Assembly: GCF_001949145.1 (NCBI RefSeq)
Contig: NW_019091359.1
Span: 3,014,861-3,078,860, forward strand
Length of the DNA stretch: 64,000 nucleotides
From: Acanthaster planci
Taxonomy: Eukaryota
Direction of reading: 5' to 3'
Position numbers and translations under genes: made by a program. The notes below the pieces were generated by a model that was not told the origin of the DNA, ran no database searches, and saw only the letters and a program-made list of their open reading frames with translations. This document shows, piece after piece, positions 48,901-60,900 of the stretch. Each line of letters opens with the position of its first letter. The first letter of the stretch is position 1.

Positions 48901-51900
48901 TCAGAAAAGGGAAGGTTCCTGTTCGCAGGTTTCTGTATCCGCAAAGAGGCAACACCCCCACTCAAAAGTTTTGAAGACCCTCCCAGAAGTTCTCCATGCT
49001 TGTGAGGGCAGTGTGGCTGACCCAGAGTCTGAGCATGCTGAAAAACCTCCTTGGTCCGAAAATGATCAGAAAATTCTGGGGCATAGCTGCCTTATCCCTA
49101 AGCTTGAAGAGGGGCTTGAGGCTAAGTCTGCAAACTCAGATACTCCAGTGAAGCCTCTTCCAGATATCCCTCCATCCAGTGTGAATTTTGCGGCTGTAGG
49201 GCTTAAGAAGGCAATAAAACCTTCAGTAGTTCCTCGTCAGGCAAGGCGACCTGCTGTTACACTTGTGGAAGGGCACCTCTTCAAACCCCTATCACGAGTC
49301 CTTGAGGAGGGAGCGAGAGAAGAGAGTCCAGCACTTCAAGCTTCTCCAAAACCACTGCCAAGAGTGCCCAAGCAGCAAAACCTTGAGATGGCATCACAGA
49401 AGAAAAGTCTCGGATCAACTGATGCAAGCTCCAAAGCATCTGACGAGAGTCAGGACATTGTGAATGAAGTCCCCTCTGTCAGCTCTGCCTCTGGTTCCTC
49501 TGAGCCTCTTGGTCTGGACTTTCCAGATGAAACCAAAGAGCAGACTGTTAAGGAACAACCCACAACCTCGGCTACCAGCAAGACAGTCAAAGCAGGTAGA
49601 CATTCTGGATTAAAACGAGGCACTCAACCTTGCACATGAGCTCATTTATTTCTGTATCTTTAGTCATTTGTTTCCCATAATTTTCAGCAAATCTCTCATC
49701 ATACCCTCTTATTTAGGGTTGAAGAATTTCATTCATATCACAGAAAAATCAGGAAAGTTTCTGTTCAAGAAGATGCACCTTTTGTTGTTCATTTTTTAAT
49801 CACCTTGGTGTATAATTTGTTTCATGGATAACTCTAACAAACACTGTCATTCAGGAAGTTGATGGTAAAGATTATTTTTGTTGATACCATAGACCAATTA
49901 AAATCCCACTGTTTCCTTTGTCCCGTTGGTTCTTTACTCGTACTGTGGGGGTGAACTGTCTGAAAATTATAAGTGTTTATATGTTGTCTACGACTCTTAG
50001 GATACATACCTTGATAACAACTCCTTTTCTTGTAACTTTGATTTTCGAGAAGCTACTGTGAAGGACACTGAGAGATTTCTAAGTGTCTGTGAGGACACTT
50101 CGTTTGAGGATCAACTGATGACCTCAGAATCTGACCTCTGTAAGAAAATATATCCTTGCAAAATTGTGTGTGTGGAAAGATCATTGATACACCTTTGCAG
50201 AGCTACGTGTATTTATTCAAAAAAGCTGCATTACATTAAAAAAAGCCATAGATGCAGATATATAAATCTGTGTCAAATCAACGCTGACTGTACATATCAA
50301 ATTGTATTTACAGTTTTCTGTTCTAACCCAGTTACTCACAGTAAAGTTATAGTATTGTTTCATGCAAAGTAAAAATCAGTTATTAACAGGTTTAATTTTA
50401 ATAATGTGAGTCTAAAATCCACATTTTTATTTGTAACATCTTGCACATGTTTTTTTTTAGTTCATTTACATGTATGTCTTATTTTCTCTACACTGGAGTT
50501 GTACACGTTTGTGGGCAAGTTTTTGTTTATTAATTTCTTAATATAGGCTTAACAGTCAGGATGTCCTATTACCACACTTCAACCTTTCTGTAATTGACCT
50601 TTGATTCAATCTCGACAGAACCCAAATGTTCTGTCAAAATGTTCTTCAGTGGTTACATCCGTATATTGGCTGTTGTAGGAGCCACATAGTCAGGTTTAGC
50701 CATTGACTTACTGAATTGGATATATGTACATAATGTACCTATATGTATGATGTTTTAGTTTGGTAACCGTCCTTGATGAAGGAAAATTTTTCAGTACGTG
50801 TCCAATTAGTTTAATTGTCTATGACGAACTGTAATACCAGACATCTATCATAATGGGGTATAAAACTCTACAGTTAAAAAGACAGAAATTAATGCAGTTT
50901 TTGACATGTTACGAGTCACAGGTATAACTATGGATAACAACCTCTTTACAACCCACGAATAAACCAATCTTTCAGTTCATTTATTTGTTACTTTTTAGGA
51001 ATACTGGAATTTGGAATGTTTGAGTTCCATTCATAATACGAAGATCAAAGCATTTTTTTTGCACCATATTCCAACTTTTTGGTTACTGATGCATTCCATA
51101 AATATTTGTTTTCATATGAGAACACATTGGTCCCCTAAGAATGCCCAACTTTCCCTCTCTGGTGAACGTCCAAACCTTCTAAATTGCAAGCCTCCTGACA
51201 TATATTTGCAAAGCAATTTTGGTTGCTCATGCCTGCTAATGCCCATTTTCATTTTGTTTGCTTTCTGCCAACTTTTATTTCCATTGCATGCTTTCACAGG
51301 GAAAAAACAAACAAGCGATGTTGCAGAGCCTAAGTTAGAAGCAAATGTTGTGGATGCCAAAAGAGGGAGCAATAGTAGTTCAACTTCTCGAGGCATTTTG
51401 GAAGTATTTTGTGATAACTGGGACTCTGATCATGAAAGTGGATCGTACAATTTTTTGGCAGGTAGGAAAAATTTGTTGGCAGGCTGTCGAGCCTTTAGTC
51501 AGGATTCTAGTGGCCTTGTAAAGAGAAACGGAACAGCTTGTATAGAAAGTCGCGAGCGCTCTCCTGTATTATTAAATTGCATGTGCATTCTCAACATCCT
51601 GTACATAAGCAAGTGGTGTCTGCTTTTTCATTTAAACTGAACATGTGGTCTACATGAAGGTATAAAATCGACATCCTATAGTTCTTTTCCGTTAACCGTT
51701 TCCTGATACTAAGTACCGTGTAATGATAGTTTAACCCGAAAAGAAAGAAGTTTTTCTTTGTGAGTACTTGTGCTTTTGTCAACACAGCTGCATGTTTGTA
51801 ATTGATCCACTGCCTCTCATTTAAGAAAAAACAAAAATTAAAAAAACTAAACCACATTCTGGTTTTCCATCTTTAGGGTCAGACACCGAGGGCGCTTCGA

Positions 51901-54900
51901 CCCTCGAGAAAACGGTCATCCCGCTGCGGCAGAACAAACTGCTTCAGCTAGAAGATCAGGACAAGGCAGCGAGTAACCGGGGCCAAGTTAGACGGACCAG
52001 CTCCACAGACGAGTTACCTGTTGTCTCGGTGTCCTTTACCAACACCCGGGGGTTGTTCCAAAAAGCCCAGCTCATGAACTCCTGTGATTCATTGGATTCA
52101 AGTAAGCAAGTTGTCTCATCATCGTTATCAACATCACTTGGTAGACGTAATGATTCTATCTCTACATATGTTTGGGTGACCTCCTGTAAATGTGGACGCA
52201 TCTTTCCTGACCTTACAGTTTTAATTTCAGTTTCACATGTTTCAGTAGCTTTCCCTGCGTGCATTCATGGTTACATATTTGTTACTTCCTGGTTCGTGTA
52301 CCTTGAAATGACAATGTTAAACCTTTTTCTAATGTCATGAACTAAAGCCTTTTTAAAAGTGAACACAAACTTCATAGAATTGAAAAATGTAGGACATTCA
52401 ACCAAGACAGTCACAGATTTTGAACTATATTAATTGCAAGTTGTTTGGTCGGTGTTGAATTTCCCCCATGGCTGTTCTCATTTCTTGGAACTTGGTAAGC
52501 CTATAAAAAGTTTGGCATGTGCTGGCATATGTACCCCAGTGACTGCCCTAGAACATAGTTTTTGTCATGAGATTGAAAGCAAGGCTTAAATTCTTCAGAG
52601 GGAACATGTGGAGAATGTCATCCAGAAAGCTGAGACAAATTATTCAGCTATCACATAGAAAAATGGGCTTTTCCTCATGTCAATGTTAAAATGCATATTC
52701 ACGAATGCTGTGTGAATTGGGTTTTGTCTGTCTTTTTGAGGCTAACAAAGCCCTTCGTCTCTGTGAAGTCTACATAAATTCTCTTTATTAATGTACAACA
52801 ATTTCAGTCAGACTTCCCAGTAAAAACAAATTACTGAAGTTATTCCTAGGTTGAGAGAACTTGGTAAGCTGTAACTATGTACAGTGGACAAGCGCTGATC
52901 AGTAAATAGACAGACCGGATTACCTCCAAATGATATTTGCATGCAAACCATATAAAGGGGAAGTTGATGCTGAAAATGGACGGCAGCAAGGCATACCATG
53001 ATTCCATCATCTTCAGAGATTTGAAATGTCACATTCCTCTTGGATGCATTTCAGGGCGAAAGCTTTGCTCAGTGTCTGTGACCCAACTTGTTTTGCGCGG
53101 ACTTCAAGGGTGGAGTCCCGGTATAGCTGATGTAGTGTACATGTATGTTGAGTAGTGGTGTTGGCATTCCTGTGATCGTGCATGCCCTTTGATGAAGGCT
53201 GTGTAAAATGTTAACTCGTGATAGCAACAAGATGTGCATGTGAAGTATGTACTTTACTGCCTGTAAAGCCGATCAGGGTACCGGTACATCATAATTGAAC
53301 ACCAGTTGAAGGTCCAAAGTTCAGCAAATGAATTTTATGTGTACATGTACACGTCAGTGTATTTAAGGACATGAGAGAAGATCAGAGTTTTATTTGATGC
53401 AACGTTATCCAGGAATCAAGGTAGGAAACATGCACACTTACATGTATCTCTACATTTGTTATCATTGGTTTGTTACTTTTAGATCAAATTCCAAATTGAA
53501 TTCTTGGATGTCTGTGAAGAGTGTAATTTCATTTGTTTTTTCACAGTGCAGTTTCTAATAAAGGCCTGTAAAAAATTAGTTTAGCACCTCTGCCAACCTC
53601 CCATAAGCCATTTGTCTCTTTCTAGTTTGGGGAGGGGGGGGTTGTTAAACATATCAGAGAAAGAAAGTTTGGAAATTTGCCAGAGGCTCCACATTTCTTC
53701 AAGCAGATGTGATCTGAAATTCTATTCATATACCTGATCACAGTGCTTCCAATCCGAGGATGGAGATTTTAGGGGAGGCAGAACTTTTTTTGTGGGGCCA
53801 AAAATTTGAAATCTCTTTTTACGTTTATGGCCTTTCTGAGGGATGAGGCTACATTTTGGGGCTTTTGACATGCTATTGGAAGGAAGGATGGAAGTGAAAT
53901 TGACCCCAATAATTGCTTATTTTTTTCTGATTAAAAAATTGTTCTTTCTTAGGGAAAGGGCTTGATATACAATGCATACACACATCCAAGTACAATGGAA
54001 CAAAACGCCTGTATAACAAACACATTGTCCTCATAGCATTGTTTGGTGTAACAGTCATACTGGCATAGATGTAAACACCCGTTCTGAACTCCAGCCCAAA
54101 TTCAAACATGTATCCATTGTGTCTTGTAGTAACAGGTTACCTGTAGATTATAAAGACACATGCGTACAGACAGGTTGACGTTAACACATAGGGAAACCAA
54201 AGGGGTTCCTAATTGGAATGTGTGGGTGAAGTTACTGCATGATTGGAAATTACAGTGTTTGGCCATATTATGTACTAATTCACTTAGGTCGGGTCTAGGT
54301 TGTTAGTTTGATTTGCTTTTTTAGAGTACTAAATTGTGATGTCATTTTGAACCAGAAAGTTATGCACTTTGGTACTTCATATTGTACACCGTAGTGTGAG
54401 ACTGAGTAGCACTGTGTCTCTTGTCTCAATTTTACACTTGTTGCTTAGTTACTGAGTCTGTGAAATACTAGTTTGTGTGTCTTCCATGTACAATATGTCA
54501 ACAGTTATGGAGGTGGTTGGTTGCATGTGCATTGACACGTGGTTTGAAAACATCAATCTAAAGATAATATTTCTTTCACTTGTCTCTGTTTAAGGGGCAT
54601 GATTTTTATTACACAACTGTCTTAGGTAGGATGCATCATGTAGTTTGCTTTGGGTAATTTCATTTTCCAGTCTTGAAATGAGACTATAGTTTTCACCCCT
54701 CATGGATGCCTCCTCTGTTGACATGTCAGGCTTGGTTCCACATGGGAAAAATCCTCCAGAACCGTGATTAGAGCCTTTATTCAAGTTTTCCAAGCATGTT
54801 TAAAAGAAATCATATTTGGCATGTTTGACTAGTTAATAGCGCCCTCACTTGTTAGTGTGCAAAACCAATGGCTTGACCAAACTCCATGCATCTGTGTATT

Positions 54901-57900
54901 ATTTGCCATTTCTAGTGACAAGAAAAGAATTGCACATGAAAACCGACTTCCTATTATAATTGCACTCAATAAAGGTGATCAACTACTCTGCTTCAAATAG
55001 ACAGATTCTTGTTTCATGGCAATTATTTCAAATGAGACTTTTTAAACAAAATCTTATCTATCAGCCCAATTCTTACAGCATTGCAAAGGTTGAAAAATCC
55101 TCCTTACACTTTTGGCCAGTGAGCCCGTCCCCTTTTTGCTGTCAGTTTCTGGCCCTTTGATGTCTCATTTCCACTTTGTTATTACCTCAACGGAGTCCAC
55201 AGTATATCCCTGTCCAGATGAAGACAGAGACTTGTTGGGCTGAGGGGCAGCTAAATTCCGTCTTGTTAGCTTGAGGATTAGGAATTTATGACTAATGCAT
55301 ATAGCAGACAATGAAAGATCCTTGTGCATGTACGCGCTCACACTATACCCTGAATCATACAGTGTGTAGTGTTGTCTCAAACCATTACTGTGCGTACAGC
55401 AGCCTGGAGAGGTTGAGGTAGGGTTAAGAGCCGTGTGCGTTCCAAACTCAGCCCACTCATTTTTGTTGTAATCCTCAAAACGCTTGGATTTATGATTCGA
55501 TGGCATCCAGGATGGCACAGACCAGGGTCAGGTATCCTGCATGTAAGTACACGTATATTGCAGAAAATGTACTTGGGGTGTAAGGACCTAATTATTATTC
55601 AGATTTTTAATCTATCTGTGAGGGTGGGTGTGACTTTTTATTTGATCACTGAGTCACATGTTTGGCCTTGAATCATAGGTGTAGCATGCAGTATGTGATT
55701 TAAAAACGGCATTTCTTAAAATAGATCTGAGTCTTGGGTCCATGCCGAGTTTCTGCAGTTCCTACGAAGGAGGTCACGCTAGATGTGGAAAGGATTTTTG
55801 TTGGTTTGGTCAAAATTGAGACAATTTTTTTTTAATTTTAAGACTATTTATTAAAGACTGCTTATTTTCAATGTGTGAAACATCTGTAGATGGTCTTTAG
55901 ATTCAAGAAACACAGAACTGGCCATTTTTTCATATTGTCATGTGTTTGAAAAATTGGAGTGGGAAAAATATTCCCTAGAAGATTTTATTGGGTCATTTAT
56001 GTCCAATGTGAGCAAGCCATTCTTAATGCTTTATCAGGGCAGATTTCCTGTCACTTTCATCAAACTTAATTTCTTTTGCAGAAAATGGTGAGAACACATT
56101 TTTTCTATATTTATTCAAATTATTCTTGTTTTAACAAATGAGTTTGGTCTTAATTAAACAATTTTATAAACTAGCTTTTTTAAGGCAATGGTTACATTGC
56201 CTGACCTTGTTTGCTGATACTTTTATGCCCCAAGTAAACATGCTTTCACTCATTTAACAGATTTAAATTCATAGCTAGACATGTTGCAGGAAATGACAAA
56301 CTTATAAAACAAATTGCTGCAGATAACTTGCAGACTAAGTCAAATCATTCCTTTGGTTTTGTGGAATCAGTTGTCGATAGGTCAATGTACATGTAGACAT
56401 GTACATGTAACAGAAGCATGTGGTCTACTTGCATGTACTAGGCAGAAAAAACTGTCACAGGTCAGTTTAAACTACCATGGTTTGTCCAGTGTTTTCACCA
56501 TGGGGGATGGCTCTTGACATACAAAAATCTGCTGAGCCAGTTTGTCTACCGGATGCTACAACTGAATTCTGTATCAAATTGCAAATTCGATGAATTTCTT
56601 TCATTTTCTGGTTAATTGGGAATTGGGCTAGGAAATGCGCCGCTGCATTTAGAGATTATTACATGTAGCTATGGAAGCATTGTCAAGTTCCTCTTTCAGT
56701 TTGGAGAAAAAAAGTCTCCATAACCCAGGTCTACCAAGTTTTGGAAGCATGAAAATATTTCACATGTAGCTTTGCATTCTTGGAATGTTGTTGAAGTGTC
56801 ATGTAGAAGAATGAGTGCTAAACTGACATTGATCTAGTTATCATTTGTGACCCGCTCCAGGAAAAGGTGATATACCGGTAAGTTGCAAAAAGAAAATCAA
56901 GTTATATACATGACTGGAAAGCCCACATTGTAAGCTTTCATTTGATATATGATAGAGCTCCGTAGCCTTTCCCGTTTTAGAGTTATGACAGATTTGCATA
57001 TTAATTAGTTCCAGGCAATTGAAATTGCAAAACAGAGAAAACAGGCTTTGAAATATCTGGCTCTGACGTGGGTTGTAGGCATTTAAATCTTACTTAGCAT
57101 CCAACATGTTCTTCTGTTACAACCACCTTCAAAATTCACACGACTAAGGAATTAGTATTTTCAATGATTTTGTCGGAAAAAAGGAATTTTTGAATCCAAC
57201 GTTGAGAGGGTCATTGCTCGTAAATGCTTGGTGCGACTTATATCACCTTTTCCTGGAGCGGGTCACATTTTCACTTCTTCAAGAAGTGCTTACCAGAAAG
57301 AAATTGTGCAGCCACTATTCCGAGGCTGTTCTCTGCAACAGACAGGTAAAGTTGTGGAGTGCACTGCCATGTCTTTTATTTGTCATTTCCATTTTGGGGG
57401 GAGAGGGAGGGAGAGGGAGCCACGCCCCCTTGCCACTCCCCCCACCTTTGATGGCCATAAAAGGCACAGTCAGGGTAATATCAGAGCCCATTAGAAATGA
57501 CGAGGGTGGGTTGTATGGGTTTGGGAATGACTTGATGGTCGCATCACCATTTTGTGTAGTTATTTCCAGAATTCCACACACATGCACACGTTCTCATGAA
57601 CATTTTGATGTGAATGCAGTGTGTCAGATCAAACTTCCACACAAAATGAGGACATGAATATCCACCCTGCCATTTTTTTAAGCCACAGATATATTCCATA
57701 AGATGTGTCCATCTTGCCAGCGCAACCTGGTGGAAATAAATGTTCCAACTAATTGCCCATATTTCATTGATTGTGTTATTATAATTTGTTTATATTAGTT
57801 ATCACACGAAAGCGAATGGAACACAGAATAATGTAGTGCATCTGGGTCCCATATGCCACAAGGCCGAATGCCGAGTGGTATACGGGTCACAGATGCTCAA

Positions 57901-60900
57901 CATTATTCCTTGTTCCACGAGCACAAGCGTGATGATGAATTTATCTTCAAGCAAACGTGATGCACAGTAAAGAATGTAAAGTATCATGCAGCGCACAGCA
58001 AAAACAGTAACACCAATGTACCACAGTTCTGCTGTTTTTTCTAGGGAGCATGGGAATTATTTGTTTTTTAACTTATTTCAGTAACAACAACACAGCTTAC
58101 ACTAAGAAAGGAAACATATGTTCATTTAAACGCATGGGACGGTGATCAGCACGGTAAACACACCACTTTTGAATTCGCAGGCGTACAGATCTGCATTTGC
58201 TTTTAGCATAAAAATAGCACAATGCGTTAGAACGGTGTATTACGCAGGGTTTGATATGAACCGGACAATACGGTTATATATCACATTGTTGCCATGGATC
58301 GACCAATCAGAACTAAGCATTCAAGTTTGCCTTGGGATAATATGTTGTATCATAGCTGCAAGTCATTTATACTGGTTAATGACAATAATGGGGTTTACTT
58401 CATGGAAATGTTTTTTTCTTTGCACAGTCCTGTAGCCTTGATGACTGATTTAGTGAATGGAATCAAAGGTTGTGTTGGGATTGCATATTTGCTTCCAGAC
58501 TGTGTTGAAATGCATGTGTCCCTCTGCAGGATTCCTTACCACAATCTGTTTCTCTCTGCATGTTGGAAAACTGGGTATCAGTGATGGCAGAGATGGCCAC
58601 TGGGTTTGAATTTGCCGTCTGTGCCGGGACTGGGCATTCCAAGCTGTGCCTGGTTCATTCATGCCTTTGTCATACATGTATGCACATGCACCTGTGATTT
58701 CAAGCTCCTATTGGATTAACATTCAAGTTACGTAACTTCCGGTTCCATGCAACTTTGTTTGCAGTGAATATGGCTAAGGCTGCATCCAAATCTCGTCTAG
58801 AGCTAGGTCTAGGTCTTCGCTCCATTGGAAATGTTTGGAGACGCATAGACAATGGACCGAGCCGTAGCTCTGGAAGCCCGTTTCGGACACGGCCTTAAAC
58901 TGACATGGCATCACATGAACAGGATGGGCATACTTCTGAGGTAGTGGAGATGGTCTCTGGAATATAATGTGGGCCCAATGAGCTGCAATAGGAATAATGA
59001 ATTCTGAACTTGTTTTAAAAATATTTTTTTCTGTTTTCACATACGCTTTATTTCCACTTCGTTCACAGATGAACATTTGACTTCAGAGAATATACATACA
59101 TGTAAAGAGCGTTACTAAGGAGAGGACTTGTGGTGACACCATGTGGATAGATGTATCTCCTTTAGAAGAGGTGTGGTTCTGATAAGAACTGGTGAGAACC
59201 ACACCTCTTCCAAAAGATTTATCCGCATGGTGTCCCCGAAAGCCCTCACCTTTGTCTATTCTCCACCATACAAAGCTTCAAATCTTATCTAGAAAACAGA
59301 ACTTAGCATGACAGGACAACACTGCTGGAAAGTACAGGAGACTTGTAAGAAGCAGTGAGCATCCAATACGGGACCATTAATGATAGAATGAATTTCCAAA
59401 TATTGTCTGTAAATCAAATCAGGTTAAAAGAATTGGACAAATGAGAAAAAGACTAAACAGGTGATAATTACAAGGGCAGTTATACTATTGGTGTAGGATC
59501 CAGTAAATATACACAGGTTACAAATCCTAGTTTTGACAGTCATTTATAGCTCATGTAGATTTACAAGTACATTTATATCACTGGTTGAGATATTTTGGCC
59601 ACTGTCCAGCTCAGTTCATGCTTCAGCATGTAACACTATCGCGGAACTTGTAAGGATTCTAATTAATTTCTTCCTGTCCTAAAGTGAGGAAAACTCTGTT
59701 TGACAAGATGATTACCTGAGAAGACAGGATTTTCTCCTAAATGACATTTACATGTATTTTAAGTAAGACAGCAACTTAAGACATGTAGTGACGTAGTCAT
59801 TGCTTCAAGACGTGTAATCTCACTGTTCTCAAATAGACACCTACACGTATCACGTACATGGGTTAACATGTATGCGTTTGTTTTTTTTTCATTTTCATTG
59901 TTTGTTTAAATCTTTACCTACCGTTTTAAAAATTGCAGTACTAACAGTGAATTTGAAATTATAGCTGAAAGTAATCTACTGTACATATATTTTGACAAGG
60001 TTTTTACGCTTGAATCTGTTCAAAGTCATTTATTTGAATTAAATTTTCAGCCAGTCCCATTTCATATTAAAAATCTCCAAAATCCTGCCAGGAAGTGATT
60101 TAAGGTACAAGTGCATTTCGACGTTTGATTTTCTAATGAATTGTCAGTGCATGAAGAAAGTACCTGTAGAAGGAAACCTGGTTCATTGGAGTTGTGTGAT
60201 ATATATGAGTACATGACACAGTTATTCAATGCATTTTGGTAGTTCTACAAATCCTGCCTATCCTGTTTGTCTAGCTTCAGGTATTTTTCTTTTTTTTCCC
60301 TAAAAATCTGTTGAGTTTAAAATTTCACCCAAAACAAGTGTGAACCCAGTTCATCAAGCCTCATAATTGTTAGCATTGGCACAACCAAGCCGAGTTCCAA
60401 CATCCTCCAAGAACTTTTTAATTCGGAGTACCATAGGCACCTGATGTTCCCCATGAGTTCTTTTCTTTTAAGTTCTTGACTTGACAGTGCTCTTTCAACA
60501 CCAATTTGTGGCAGATTATGGGCATTAGAAGTCTCAATTAAGCATTATTAAATGTGACTAAACCTTGACAGCAAGAGACTGCCAGGAGAGAATGAGGAAG
60601 GGAAAGCTGTGGTCACTAGAGGGATCATTTAAGGCCTCATTCCAGTCAGAGGAAGTGACATCCCTTCAAGAGTGACAAAAATTCCTCCCCTTCACTCCTC
60701 CCACCTGGAGGACATTGAGACCAGGCGTGATTCACTAGAGATCAGAATTGAAGTCAGTGGTGATATGACAAGGTTTTTAACTGGAAGGCTGATATTGTTT
60801 GGAGTTCAAACATGGAACTGTTCCTTCTTGATTCTTTTGGGTCCATACTCAAGATATCTCTAGTTAATTCTGTATCGTTGGAATTGTGTGCCAGATATAC

